Below the pieces are notes generated by a model that was not told where the DNA came from, made no database searches, and saw only the letters and a list, made by a program, of their open reading frames with translations. From the NCBI GenBank assembly GCA_019057385.1, contig JAHQJS010000004.1:1169068-1233067 (forward strand): DNA of 64,000 bases, given 5' to 3'. Shown piece by piece: positions 1 through 10,645 of this stretch; position 1 is the stretch's first letter, and each line of letters starts with the position of its first letter. Origin of the DNA: Candidatus Borrarchaeum weybense (GTDB taxonomy: Archaea > Asgardarchaeota > Sifarchaeia > Borrarchaeales > Borrarchaeaceae). Both the position numbers and the translations under genes were made by a program.

Positions 1-855
1 TGTCGATTTCACATGACCTGCGGTATCCCCTACGAGCATTAAATTGTCTTTTACTGTTATAGGGACTGGACCGCCCATCGGAATAAGTCCTGCAAGTTTA
101 TTCTTTATTTCCCAATTCTTACCAAATTTCTTGGAAGCAACTGGATGTTTTTTTATGAAATTTAGAAGGTTTTGAGAAGCTTGCTTTAAAGTACCTTTAA
201 CACCGATACCTACTCTGGCAAGATGCTCGTTCACTGGAATAATCCATGAAAAGAAGCCTGGAGAGAATTTTGAAGAAAAATAAACTTCAACTGACTCAAT
301 ATCCTCATACGAAACCGGGGATATTTCCATCTGGAAACTACTAATGAAATTCTTTTTTGTAGGTAAACCACATTGTTTTGCAATTAAGGAGCGCACACCT
401 TCAGCATCAATAATCACATCAGCATGAATTTCAATATGACTAGAGTTCTGTCGTACAACAATTCCACAAATTCTGCCATTTTTTCTTAGGGGCTTTAGTC
501 CCTTTGTTTTCAGAAGTACCTCTACTCCTTTATCTTGTGCCTCTTGACAAAGTTCTTTATCGAATGCTCCACGATCTACAATGTAAGCCTGAGGAATTCT
601 CTTTTTCGCAAGAATACAATGTCCAGAAGGGGAATAGAAATAACTTCCTTTGACAGTATTTAGAATACTTTTTCTTGACAGATTTAATTCTCTACATGCA
701 CGTGTAGATATTTTACCTGCGCATTGCACTGGCTTTCCAATTACTTTATGATCTTCAATGAGGAGAATTTTGTAACCCTTAACTAAGGTAGCGATTTCTT
801 TTGCAGCATAAGATCCGCTAGGTCCACCACCTATCACAAGAACATCACATTTCAT
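1..855 (-). CDS. Geranylgeranyl reductase family FAD-dependent oxidoreductase (3' end runs off the window)
   Basis: Not in ORF track. Manual translation from ATG at 855 (SD GAGGAG): MKCDVLVIGGGPSGS...KILLIEDHKVIGKPVQCAG...; GLIPMGGP and DNLMLVGDTAGHVKS motifs near the window edge. Confidence 0.85.
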   Translation of the reverse strand, partial: MKCDVLVIGGGPSGSYAAKEIATLVKGYKILLIEDHKVIGKPVQCAGKISTRACRELNLSRKSILNTVKGSYFYSPSGHCILAKKRIPQAYIVDRGAFDKELCQEAQDKGVEVLLKTKGLKPLRKNGRICGIVVRQNSSHIEIHADVIIDAEGVRSLIAKQCGLPTKKNFISSFQMEISPVSYEDIESVEVYFSSKFSPGFFSWIIPVNEHLARVGIGVKGTLKQASQNLLNFIKKHPVASKKFGKNWEIKNKLAGLIPMGGPVPITVKDNLMLVGDTAGHVKST

Positions 856-964
856 GTAAGGCTCCTCATTCAAATAAAGTAGATAATGTAGAAGTGAGGT
901 ATCTATATATTTCCCTTAAAGAAAAAATAGAAATAGGTTAAAAAGATTCTATAACAGTATAACT

Positions 965-2551
965 TTACTTGGTGCTTCCTTTCAGTTCTTCTTTGAGTGT
1001 TTTTCTTAGAACCTTTCCTACGCTTGTCATTGGAAGGCTTTCTCGAAATTCCACAAGTTTAGGTACTTTAAATTTCGCAATTTTTTCTTCACAGAACTTG
1101 ATAATTTCTTCTTCTGTCGCGTTTTGTCCTTCTTTGAGTACAATGTATGCTTTCACAGTTTCTCCTCTGTATTCGTCTGGAATGCCAATGGCAGCAGCTG
1201 TTTTTACATTTGGATGTTCGTATAACACTTCCTCGACGTCGCGTGGGTATACATTATAGCCTGAAACATTGATCATGTCCTTCTTTCTATCTACGATAAA
1301 GAAATATCCTTCCTCATCCATAGTAGCAATATCTCCAGTACGAAGTTCACCGTTTACTAACGCAAGTTTCGTTTCTTCAGGTTTTTTCCAGTATCCCTTC
1401 ATCACATTAGGTCCACGAATCGCTAACTCACCACGTTCGCCGATAGGCAATTCATTTCCATTTTCATCTATAACACGTGCGACAATGTCAATAATTGGGA
1501 TTCCTATTGAACCTCCCTTTTTTCGTGCTATTGGGCTTAAATGAGTAACTGGGGCAGCTTCTGTAAGCCCGTAACCTTCCAAAAGATTTACACCTGTCTT
1601 GTCCGAAAATTGTCGCATTACTTGAACTGGAAGAGATGAACCACCAGAAAGCGCAAATCGAAGTGAACTAAGATCAGATTTTTCAAGTTCTGGGTAGTGT
1701 AAGAGCGCGATAAACGCTGTTGGAACGCAAGGTAAATATGTAATCTTATAGGTTGAAATCAGTTCAAGTACCTTCACTGGATTAAATCTTGGCATCAAGA
1801 ACACGGTTCCTGCACTTGAAAGTGGGCCTGTCATCGCACAGGTCATACCGAAAATATGCGTAAGTGGTAAGACGGCAATGGTACTTTCCTTTCCCTCTTC
1901 GAAATAAAACCAGTTAGTGAATGTTATAGCATTTGATACAAGGTTGTAATTAGTGAGCAGAGCTCCTTTGGGGATTCCAGTCGTACCTCCTGTGTAACCT
2001 AAGACTGCGATGTCTTCTGATTGTATATCTACTTCAGGAGGATTAGGTTCAGTTTTAGAAAGTAACTCATAAAAACTAAGAGTATTTGGAAAAGTTTCTT
2101 TTCCGACAATTATTACATTTTTTAGAGATGATTCTTTTCGAACATTTTCCACTACAGGATATGATTCTTCAGTGACTACTATAGTTTCAGCTCCTGAATC
2201 CTTGATTATGAAACCTATTTCTTTTTCGCGATATGCTGCATTACACGGAACAACAATTGCCCCTACCCGATTTACGGCAAAATAACTAATTAGATAAGCA
2301 GGGATATTCGGAAGATACAAAGCAACCTTGTCAGTGTATTTTACTCCCAATGAGTGAAGAGCCGCAGCAAACTTCTCAATTTGAGTATAATACAGCTCAT
2401 AACTCGTTCTTTCATCTTCAAAAACATACGCTGTAATATTTGGAAATGCTTCTGCAGATTCTTTTACCAATTGATAAAGCGGAACTTTTGGATATGTCAA
2501 AGTTTGTGGAATATCAGTTGGCCAATGTGCAATCCATGGCTTTGTTGTCAT
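965..2551 (-). CDS. Long-chain fatty-acid--CoA ligase (ANL superfamily)
   Basis: YTGGTTGIPKG P-loop, EGYGLTE, TGD, DRKKDMI and GKVLR motifs. Confidence 0.93.
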   Translation of the reverse strand: MTTKPWIAHWPTDIPQTLTYPKVPLYQLVKESAEAFPNITAYVFEDERTSYELYYTQIEKFAAALHSLGVKYTDKVALYLPNIPAYLISYFAVNRVGAIVVPCNAAYREKEIGFIIKDSGAETIVVTEESYPVVENVRKESSLKNVIIVGKETFPNTLSFYELLSKTEPNPPEVDIQSEDIAVLGYTGGTTGIPKGALLTNYNLVSNAITFTNWFYFEEGKESTIAVLPLTHIFGMTCAMTGPLSSAGTVFLMPRFNPVKVLELISTYKITYLPCVPTAFIALLHYPELEKSDLSSLRFALSGGSSLPVQVMRQFSDKTGVNLLEGYGLTEAAPVTHLSPIARKKGGSIGIPIIDIVARVIDENGNELPIGERGELAIRGPNVMKGYWKKPEETKLALVNGELRTGDIATMDEEGYFFIVDRKKDMINVSGYNVYPRDVEEVLYEHPNVKTAAAIGIPDEYRGETVKAYIVLKEGQNATEEEIIKFCEEKIAKFKVPKLVEFRESLPMTSVGKVLRKTLKEELKGSTK

Positions 2552-2701
2552 TTACTAACCCTCGTAGTTATTGATACAGTTACGCATGTTTTACCAGAAC
2601 GATATTTAAATCTAATCGATAAAAGCAGGTGTCTTTTTATTAATTAAAAAAGAGATTACAAAAAACAACTTCGGAAATGAAACGGTGAAAAATGGATTGT
2701 T

Positions 2702-3619
2702 TCACTCCGACTTTTTTCTTCCCCGTAATTTCGTTATCGCAACTATTGCAGTTATAATGGTGCCGATAAAACCAATAACTGCCGCTAGCACAGTTGGAGT
2801 TGTCAAGAGATCCATAATGAGCTCGGTGGTGGTGGGCTCGTATTCTCTAATTACCAGCGTCACTGAAGTAATAGCAGTCTCGCCTCCGGTGCTTGTTCCT
2901 GTGACAGTAAGGATATGACTTCCTAGTGTTGCAGTTTCAGTCGTAGCTATGGATAGAGTTGAGGTAAAATCTGATGTGCCTGAAATTGGTGAGAATGCTG
3001 AACTACAGCCATCTGGAACACCTGAAATGCTTAGAGTAACAGTTTCTGGCGTACCTGAGGTCCACTCAACACTGATAGTGAAATTTGTCGTTCTGCCCCT
3101 CACAACATTTCTCGATGATGGTGAGGCGTCCACATTGAAGGCGGCAACAGGAGGCGCCCCTATATCAATTTTGTAAATTTTGAGATCACCGGAATCAGCA
3201 TGCCACAGGTATTGTCCATCCCACGCTAATCCTGTTGGTCTAGATCCTGGAGAGTCAAAGGAGTCGACTACGGCACCCGTAGAAGGATTGAGTTTGTAAA
3301 TTTTCTTAGTATCCCAATCGGCGCTCCAAAGATTTTGTCCATCCCACGTTAATTCTCTTGGATATGTTCCTGGAGAGTTAAAGGAGTCGTCTATATCACC
3401 CGTAGACGGATTGATTTTGTAAATTTTGTCATTAATGCCATCAGTGTGCTAGAGGTAGTCTCCATCCCACGTCAATCCATGTGGATCAGGTCCCAGAGCA
3501 GAAATGGATGAAACAACAGATTCTTGGGCCATCGTTGGGTTCGGATACAAATAGATCGCCGATAGGAGTAAAAGTAAACTCAATAGTATTAAAGAGTTTT
3601 TTCTATTTTTTGTACACAT
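2702..3619 (-). pseudogene. Membrane-anchored surface protein (signal peptide, three ~41-aa WDG propeller blades, Ig-like domain, C-terminal TM) interrupted by an in-frame TAG
   Basis: ATG at 3619 is in frame with the 2702..3133 ORF. TAG at 3449-3451 (codon 57) falls where the other two repeats have TGG: LTWDGDYL* / LTWDGQNLW / LAWDGQYLW. Confidence 0.8.
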
Positions 3620-3971
3620 TCAAATCCCCCCTTCAGGTCTTACTGAGATGCTTTTGGATGTTTAAATCAAAATTGTTTTATCAAATAGATCGCTATTTCG
3701 GGCAAAAAGCTAATGCTGTCCTCTAATATCCCCTCTACTCATATATAAATTGTATTGATGTATCTTGAACATTAATGTAATGGAGTATTGTTCTCAAAAT
3801 GAGAACAAGCAAATTACTTAAATCAAATCATGTTTCTTGTTGGTCACATTCTTTCATTGAAATGTTAATTTCAAATGATTTATTTACGATAATGAGTTGA
3901 TTAAACAAAATGTGTTTATTGTATTCATTTGTCCTATCTATGCAACTTAGAAGAGATTTTAAACGGTTAGA

Positions 3972-5774
3972 GTGGATATAATGGCAAAAGGACAGTACAA
4001 AAGTGCATTGTCTTATCAGTTGTCTGCACTTCGACGATACCCATTCTTAACCATGGTAAGTGTCGGTCTAGCCTTTCTTGCCTCACTGTTTCAAGCTTTA
4101 CCGATTATTATCCTTGGCCAAGCAATAGATGAACTGCACACATCGATGAGCTTGACGCCAAGGTTTATTACTTTTGTGTGGATGATTGTTGGAATTGCAT
4201 GTGCGCTCTTTGCTACGATATTTTTAGTTGGGTATAGCTTTGCAATTATGGTTCTCCGTTGGGAGCGTGATGCCCGACAGGAGTTTTTTGAAGTCCTGCA
4301 AGACAATAGCATGACGTTCCACGACCAGATAGACAGCAAAACACTACTCGCTGTTGCCATGCAAGATATCCGCTGGATACGGTTCTCGTTGAATCCAGCT
4401 CTAAGGACGATTATTACGACAATTGGTTCATTTTTGATAACAGTTGTTTTCCTTTGGCTGATTGATTTCACAATCGGAATCATTGCAGTGGTTGGAATAC
4501 CACTCTATCTCTATTTTGCCTACCGTTACGCCGTCACTGTTGAACCTATTAGACGCAAACGGTCTGAACAGAACGAAAGATTAACTAGTATTAGCCAAGA
4601 AGTCTTTAGAGGAATAGAAGTTGTTAGGGCGTTTGGTAGTGAAGAATATGAAGAAGAAAAATTTCGCAAGATTTCAATGGAGTATCAAGAAATACAGACG
4701 AATGAAGGGCGCTTAGCTGCGTTCTACCTCCCTGCTCTCATAATGACTGCTGTTACAGGATTATCTTTTCTCTATGGAGCAAATCAAGCTCTGTTGGGTA
4801 TTTTCTCAGTAGGTACTCTTGTTGAGATGCTTGGGCTTTTAATTGCACTGGACGCTTATGGCTTCATATTGCCAAGATTCCTGCTTGAAATTAGAGGTGG
4901 TTACATAAACGCCCAAAGACTTGTTAATATTTTAAACTGGAAAGATCCGATGACAGAACCCGACAAATCCCGTCTAACTGTAAACTGGGCTGGAGATATC
5001 GTATTTGAAAACGTGAACTTTAGTTATACTAACAATAATGGTAAGAATAGCAATTATGCGTTAAAGAATCTAAATTTCAGGATACCTGGAGGCTCAAGAG
5101 TTGCCCTTATTGGTGGACCTGGGGGAGGAAAAAGCACAATTCTGAAGTTACTATTGAGATTATATGATCCTACGGAAGGTCGTGTTCTAATCGATGGCAC
5201 TGATCTTAGGTCTATTCATACGAAAAAGGTCAGGAAAGCTGTTGGGTTAGTTGAACAAGACATCTTCCTCTTCAGAATGAGCATCAGGGATAATATTGCC
5301 TTTGGAAATATGCTAGCAAGTGATGAAGAAGTGATTGAAGCAGCAAAACGGGCACAGGCTCATGAATTTATCTCCCTTATGCCTGATGGATATGAGACTA
5401 AAATAGGGGAAAGAGGAATGACTCTTTCGGGAGGGCAGCGACAGAGACTAGCTATTGCTAGAACTATTCTACATGATCCCAAAGTTCTCTTGTTGGATGA
5501 TTCAGTATCTGCTATTGACGCACAAACCGAGTATTCCTTGAGAAAAGCATTATCAGAGGTGATGCAAGGGCGAACGAGTATAACAGTCACACAAAGGTTG
5601 AGAGCTCTTCTTGAATCGGATTTGATTGTAGTCGTTGATAAAGGTGAACTCGTGGCAATTGGAACTCACAAGGAACTGCTTAAAACCTCGGATCACTACC
5701 ACCGCATCTTTGAAAAATTGCCAGGTGCATTGCAGTATGCCAATGGAGTAATCAAAACGGGAGGTGCGATATAA
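3972..5774 (+). CDS. ABC exporter subunit, TMD+NBD (heterodimer partner 1)
   Basis: TM N-terminus, Walker A GGPGGGKS, LSGGQ signature, degenerate Walker B LLLDD and TQR in place of the H-loop; probable start ATG 3981. Confidence 0.92.
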   Translation: MDIMAKGQYKSALSYQLSALRRYPFLTMVSVGLAFLASLFQALPIIILGQAIDELHTSMSLTPRFITFVWMIVGIACALFATIFLVGYSFAIMVLRWERDARQEFFEVLQDNSMTFHDQIDSKTLLAVAMQDIRWIRFSLNPALRTIITTIGSFLITVVFLWLIDFTIGIIAVVGIPLYLYFAYRYAVTVEPIRRKRSEQNERLTSISQEVFRGIEVVRAFGSEEYEEEKFRKISMEYQEIQTNEGRLAAFYLPALIMTAVTGLSFLYGANQALLGIFSVGTLVEMLGLLIALDAYGFILPRFLLEIRGGYINAQRLVNILNWKDPMTEPDKSRLTVNWAGDIVFENVNFSYTNNNGKNSNYALKNLNFRIPGGSRVALIGGPGGGKSTILKLLLRLYDPTEGRVLIDGTDLRSIHTKKVRKAVGLVEQDIFLFRMSIRDNIAFGNMLASDEEVIEAAKRAQAHEFISLMPDGYETKIGERGMTLSGGQRQRLAIARTILHDPKVLLLDDSVSAIDAQTEYSLRKALSEVMQGRTSITVTQRLRALLESDLIVVVDKGELVAIGTHKELLKTSDHYHRIFEKLPGALQYANGVIKTGGAI

Positions 5775-7627
5775 TGTCTAGACGTCGTAGATTTATTGGA
5801 GAAACAGAGAAGCGAAGCAGACCGATATTTGTTCTCTTAATCAGAATGCTTGGGTATGTGGGTCGCTTCAAGAGGATCATTGCCATCGGAGTTATACTTG
5901 CCTTGGTTTCAACGATTTTCCAAGCGATTGATCCATTGGTTCTTTCATGGGGAATTGATCTTGTGCTGACTCCTGGTAGCACCATTAGGGGAATTTTGCT
6001 CCTTGGCGGTATTTACGTGGGACTAAGGCTCAGTAGTTGGCTACTTAATTCCATTAATACTTGGATCCTGTCAGGTGCGCGAGCTGGATTTATTCAAAAT
6101 ATTCAACAGGATTTATATAACCATCTGGTTCGTACTGATTTGTCCTACCTTAAGTCCGAACAGAGTGGGAATGTAACATCGCGAGTGACTTCTGATATCG
6201 ACGATCTTGGAATTGGGGTTCAGACGACAATAGATTTTTCAAGTCAAATTCTCTTATTAGTTATAACCTTTGTAATAATGTGGCTTACGAACCCTTTAAT
6301 CGCCTTGACGGCTTTGGCAGTCACTCCCGCCGTAGTCTTTGTTGTAGTACTATTTGGTACTGTAGGCCAGAGGATAATGTTGGCCTCGCAACGAGCCTAC
6401 GGTAAGGTCTCTGGACAAATCGCTGAGGATCTGAGTGGTATTCATGTTGCTAAAGCCTTCAACCGAGAGGAGGAAACAGCAGCAAAAATGAAACAACTTA
6501 ATCAAATGGCATATCGCCACGGATTACGCTTCATGATTTTAATGACGCTTATGCAGCCTTTAATAAGAGCAATGGGAATCATTGGAATCGCAGCCCTTTT
6601 ATTTGTTGGAGGTAGCTTAGCAATTGGTACAGCCCCAGTTTTAACACTAGGTGAAGTATTTCTTGGAGTAATTCTTGTTCAACGATTTCTTTGGCCTCTG
6701 CTCGCCCTTAGCTGGATGGCGACTCAGTTTCAAGCGTCATTAGCGAGCATGGATCGTATTTTAGACGTTCTTGAAGTACAACCAACGATAGTAAACTCTC
6801 CAAACGCAGTTTCTTTAAAAGAGACTAATGACGGTATCACTTTTGAAAATCTATCATTTGCGTACGTAGAAGGAACAAAAGTACTAAAGAAAATAAATTT
6901 CAAGATCGCTCCTGGTGAAACAGTTGCGATGGTAGGGCACACTGGGGCTGGAAAAACGACAGTTGCAGCCCTTGTCAATCGATTTTATGATCCTCAAGAA
7001 GGTCGAATCCTAATTGGTGATCAAGACATTAGGGATGTGACGCTTGAATCCCTACATGACACAATTGCCCTTATTTCCCAAGAACCTTATCTGTTTGACG
7101 CTAATGTCTTAGAAAATATTCGATATGGAAGACAATCTGCCAATGACCAAGAGATTGTTGATCTCTGCAAGCTTATCGGAGCTCATGAGTTCATTGAAGT
7201 TTTATCAAATGGGTATGATACAATTGTTGCTGAAGGTGGTAAAAATCTCAGTGCTGGTCAAGTTCAAATGATTGCTATTGCTCGGACAATGTTAGCCGAT
7301 CCCAAGATCCTTATCCTTGATGAAGCTACTAGCCGTCTTGATGCCTACTCGGAGTCACTGGTTCAAGCCGCGCAAGAAAAGTTATTTGCAGACAGAACCA
7401 CTGTGGTCATTGCCCACCGGCTTACGACAATCGCAAATGCATCACGTGTGTTCGTTTTTGATCACGGAGAACTCATAGAGCGGGGTACCCACAAAGAACT
7501 ATTACGTCTTGGGGGTAAATATAAAGCTTTATACGACACTTACTATGCACATCAATCAGTAGAAGAACTCTCCGAAGAGATTGCCAAGGTTGCTCAAGAA
7601 GAACTTGCAATGGTTTCCGATAAATAA
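5774..7627 (+). CDS. ABC exporter subunit, TMD+NBD (heterodimer partner 2)
   Basis: GHTGAGKT, LSAGQ, ILDEATS, IAHRL; start overlaps the upstream stop (TAATG). Confidence 0.92.
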   Translation: MSRRRRFIGETEKRSRPIFVLLIRMLGYVGRFKRIIAIGVILALVSTIFQAIDPLVLSWGIDLVLTPGSTIRGILLLGGIYVGLRLSSWLLNSINTWILSGARAGFIQNIQQDLYNHLVRTDLSYLKSEQSGNVTSRVTSDIDDLGIGVQTTIDFSSQILLLVITFVIMWLTNPLIALTALAVTPAVVFVVVLFGTVGQRIMLASQRAYGKVSGQIAEDLSGIHVAKAFNREEETAAKMKQLNQMAYRHGLRFMILMTLMQPLIRAMGIIGIAALLFVGGSLAIGTAPVLTLGEVFLGVILVQRFLWPLLALSWMATQFQASLASMDRILDVLEVQPTIVNSPNAVSLKETNDGITFENLSFAYVEGTKVLKKINFKIAPGETVAMVGHTGAGKTTVAALVNRFYDPQEGRILIGDQDIRDVTLESLHDTIALISQEPYLFDANVLENIRYGRQSANDQEIVDLCKLIGAHEFIEVLSNGYDTIVAEGGKNLSAGQVQMIAIARTMLADPKILILDEATSRLDAYSESLVQAAQEKLFADRTTVVIAHRLTTIANASRVFVFDHGELIERGTHKELLRLGGKYKALYDTYYAHQSVEELSEEIAKVAQEELAMVSDK

Positions 7628-7674
7628 ATCGCCTTTCAGGGAAAGTCAATATTTCGACGAATAAAACTTTTTAT

Positions 7675-9040
7675 AGTACTCTCCGCAAGAAGACCCCCCA
7701 ATGTGTTGGGGGGATGAAGTGCGTGTTTTACGTGTTTCACTTTCACCGTAGTGTCCCCCAGCTTTAAATAGGTATTTGCGTATAGTAACTCTCGTGACAT
7801 GAATTTCAGGGGAACACAGGGATACGTATGATGACACGGACTTACAAATATCGCGTGTATCCAACCACACAACAGGCAACTACGTTAACGCAATGGCTTA
7901 CTACCTGTCGTCTGTTGTATAATAACGCTCTGGCAGCGCGAAAAGACGCTTGGCACACTCACCAACAATCAGTTACCTATTATGAACAAGCCACCCAACT
8001 ACAAGTTGCTAAACAGACCAACCCGTGTTTGAAGGTGGTGCATTCTCAGGTACTCCAAGATACACTCAGAAGACTGGATAAGACCTTCAGCAACTTTTTT
8101 AGGCGTCTTAAGAAGGGGGAAAAAGCCGGTTACCCACGATTTAAAGGAAAATACCGGTATGATTCCTTCACGTACCCGCAAAGTGGGTTCTCCCTCGAAA
8201 AGAACAACAAGAAACTCCGGCTCTCGAAAATTGGAAGTATCAACATTACACTCCACCGCCTTATCCCCTCTGAAGGAGTGATCAAGACCTGTACTATTAC
8301 ACGCGATGTTGACCACTGGTATGCCTGCTTTACAGTAGCACTGCCTGATCCCGAGCCTGAGTCTCAGCAGAGAGGAATAAAGAAGGCGATAGGGGTGGAT
8401 GTTGGGTTAAAGAGTTTACTTACGTTTAATAACGGAGATACCATAGCTAACCCCCGTTGGTTAAGACACTCGGAGAAGAAAGTAGCGAAAGAACAGAGAA
8501 GAAAAGATAGGAGGCAGAAAGGGTCACATAACCGTCACAAACAGAACACAAAGGTAGCACAGGTACACCAGAAGATACGTAACCAACGGAAGGACTTTCA
8601 TCACAAGCTTAGTCGAACACTGGTCGATGCTTATGACCTAATAGTGTATGAGAATCTCAAGATCACCAACATGGTGAAGAACCATCATGTAGCGAAGTCG
8701 ATTAGTGACGCCGGCTGGGGGCAACTTATGTGTTTTACGGAGTACAAAGCGGAGGAAGCTGGTACTCTAGTAGAATATGTGAGTGCCTATAATACCACAC
8801 AACTGTGTAGTAGGTGTGGGAAGCTGGTACCGAAAACACTAGCAACTCGCATCCACAGCTGTCCTTACTGTGTCCTTGATGTAGCACGAGATCATAACTC
8901 GGCCATCACCATTTTACACCGATCACGCTACTATGTAGCATCACGATCAGGGCAGGAACTGTCCGTCGAGCCTGTTTGACATGTCCCGTTGGGGAATGGA
9001 TGATTCAGGAAGCCACCCTACTTGTAGGGTGGTAGTTCAC
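7675..9040 (+). mobile_element. IS200/IS605-family (IS1341-type, tnpB-only) element
   Basis: TTTAT at 7670-7674, left-end hairpin CCCCCCAA-TGTG-TTGGGGGG, TATA box TTTAAATA 7763-7770, tnpB, right-end hairpin CCACCCTAC-TT-GTAGGGTGG ending GTAGTTCAC at 9040; higher GC than host; no tnpA. Confidence 0.9.
7828..8979 (+). CDS. tnpB: RNA-guided endonuclease TnpB (HTH_OrfB, RuvC, Zn ribbon)
   Basis: TYKYRVYPT N-terminus, GYPRFK, RuvC triad GVDVG / YENL / RDHNSA, CSRC...CPYC. Confidence 0.95.
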   Translation: MMTRTYKYRVYPTTQQATTLTQWLTTCRLLYNNALAARKDAWHTHQQSVTYYEQATQLQVAKQTNPCLKVVHSQVLQDTLRRLDKTFSNFFRRLKKGEKAGYPRFKGKYRYDSFTYPQSGFSLEKNNKKLRLSKIGSINITLHRLIPSEGVIKTCTITRDVDHWYACFTVALPDPEPESQQRGIKKAIGVDVGLKSLLTFNNGDTIANPRWLRHSEKKVAKEQRRKDRRQKGSHNRHKQNTKVAQVHQKIRNQRKDFHHKLSRTLVDAYDLIVYENLKITNMVKNHHVAKSISDAGWGQLMCFTEYKAEEAGTLVEYVSAYNTTQLCSRCGKLVPKTLATRIHSCPYCVLDVARDHNSAITILHRSRYYVASRSGQELSVEPV

Positions 9041-9056
9041 AGCCTTTCTCATCAGC
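8890..9056 (+). ncRNA. Predicted TnpB omega/reRNA overlapping the tnpB 3' end and right end; guide = 3' flank from 9041
   Basis: Structured GC-rich 3' region and right-end hairpin as in known TnpB loci; 5' boundary approximate. Confidence 0.6.
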
Positions 9057-9071
9057 ATTAAGAGGTCAATA

Positions 9072-9410
9072 TTAGACCAACGAATGGCGCATTTGATGCT
9101 GTTTTATTTCGTCATCAGGAATTCCGAGAATCCATCCAAGCCAAGCAGTTCTTAAATTCCTCTCAAGGTATGGTATTGACCCAGCTCGCATACCTTTTTC
9201 GAATTTAGCACGACTTTCTATTTCACGAAAATATTCTGCGAAGACTTCTTCTTCTTTGGGCTTTTCAAATAAAACCCATTGTAAGATCGAGAGACCTACG
9301 TTTCTAAGACTTTGACCTATGACGCCTTGAGCGGAAACTCCGATGGCATCTGATTCAGCTCGCTTTTTCTGTTCTTCATATTTTTCAAGCAATTCATCTT
9401 CGCTTCTCAT
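9072..9410 (-). CDS. Hypothetical small helical protein with internal duplication (paralog of 20683..21063)
   Basis: Shares EDELLEKYEEQ and TAWLGWILGIPD-EI-x-HQ with the 20683 ORF. Confidence 0.75.
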   Translation of the reverse strand: MRSEDELLEKYEEQKKRAESDAIGVSAQGVIGQSLRNVGLSILQWVLFEKPKEEEVFAEYFREIESRAKFEKGMRAGSIPYLERNLRTAWLGWILGIPDDEIKQHQMRHSLV

Positions 9411-9449
9411 ATGATCACATATCCTGTAAATTTGGTATTTAATCAGGTA

Positions 9450-9465
9450 TTTGTTCTATAGAAAT
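9450..9465. promoter_or_regulatory. Candidate operator with TTCTATAGAA palindrome upstream of paralog 1
   Basis: 16-bp TTTGTTCTATAGAAAT is the exact reverse complement of 20623-20638, upstream of paralog 2. Confidence 0.55.
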
Positions 9466-9560
9466 GCTTTGGTTCAAACAAATTGATGAAAAGTCATTAA
9501 AAGATTTTTTTCATTTAATTTGTTGTGCTTCCGTCTCAGCTTTTTAAAAGACGAGCAAAA

Positions 9561-10565
9561 TTAGGAGGATAATTTCTCTTTCAAGACCTTTTTTTCAGAT
9601 TCTATCATCGCAAGGATCTCAGAATCCATTTTAAATAGTCTGTTGTGAAAATTTTCATTCAAGGGCATTTTTTGGTATAACTCTTTTCTTTGAACTTCAA
9701 GGAGCATAGGTGAAAGTCCCATAAATTCAGCAACGCAATAAATATGGTTACCATTCTTCTTGGCAGTCTTATAGACGTCTTCAAGATGATCTTTCCACTT
9801 TGCATCACGAAGTAAGTGATGATCTACTATAATCATATCAATCTGGGAAGCTAGTTTCTTGAGGTTCGCTATCCCACTCATTAAATCCTCTTTCGGTACT
9901 TGTCGTAAATAAGTAGGCGGGCCACCAATCAAAAGTAAGTTAGGTTTTTCCTCTTCTATTAGTGATAAAGTATATTCAGACATTGGCCCTTGTACATCTG
10001 AAGCGTGGAGAATTTTTTCATCATTATATTCGATAGCTGTCATTATTACCCAGCCAAAGCGACTGCCTTCTGGTCCATGCCAGACAGGCTCAGAACAACG
10101 AATAGTTGTTTGCTTAAACATAAATGACTGACTATCTGCAGGACGAATTTCGCAATCTTCACGCTTATAGAGGTAATATGATCGTCTTTTTTGAGAGTAA
10201 TTGATGGAGCTTCTGTTTGATCGATCTTTGGCTAAGATTATTTTTCCCGAATATAATTGCGTAGCAATAGTTTCATTTGTCCATTGATAGACCTGTGAGA
10301 GTGAAGTAGTATAATGATCGAAATGAAAATGTGAAATCACTAATACATCGCATTTTTTAGCTCTTTCTTGTATGAGTTCTCTAGTTAACTTCGCTGCAGC
10401 TAGTTCTTTAATATGAGGGGGAAGTCTATCTCGTCGAGGTGCCAGCGCCACACTTGGATCTATCAAGATGGCTAAATCTGGTGTTTTAACATAAAAACAA
10501 AATGATCGTGTACCAAGAGATTCCGCTCCTATAGGCTCAATATGGAGTTTTTCCAGACCTAACAT
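9561..10565 (-). CDS. UPF0282-type metallo-beta-lactamase-fold hydrolase
   Basis: GAESLGTRS, SHFHFDH, HASDVQGP, DHHLLRD motifs. Confidence 0.85.
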   Translation of the reverse strand: MLGLEKLHIEPIGAESLGTRSFCFYVKTPDLAILIDPSVALAPRRDRLPPHIKELAAAKLTRELIQERAKKCDVLVISHFHFDHYTTSLSQVYQWTNETIATQLYSGKIILAKDRSNRSSINYSQKRRSYYLYKREDCEIRPADSQSFMFKQTTIRCSEPVWHGPEGSRFGWVIMTAIEYNDEKILHASDVQGPMSEYTLSLIEEEKPNLLLIGGPPTYLRQVPKEDLMSGIANLKKLASQIDMIIVDHHLLRDAKWKDHLEDVYKTAKKNGNHIYCVAEFMGLSPMLLEVQRKELYQKMPLNENFHNRLFKMDSEILAMIESEKKVLKEKLSS

Positions 10566-10645
10566 GTCTGTTGCCTTACTATATTATTTTGAATGCATGA
10601 TCGTCTCGATAGTTTTCTTAAATAAATATTGGTTTTTTGGATTCA

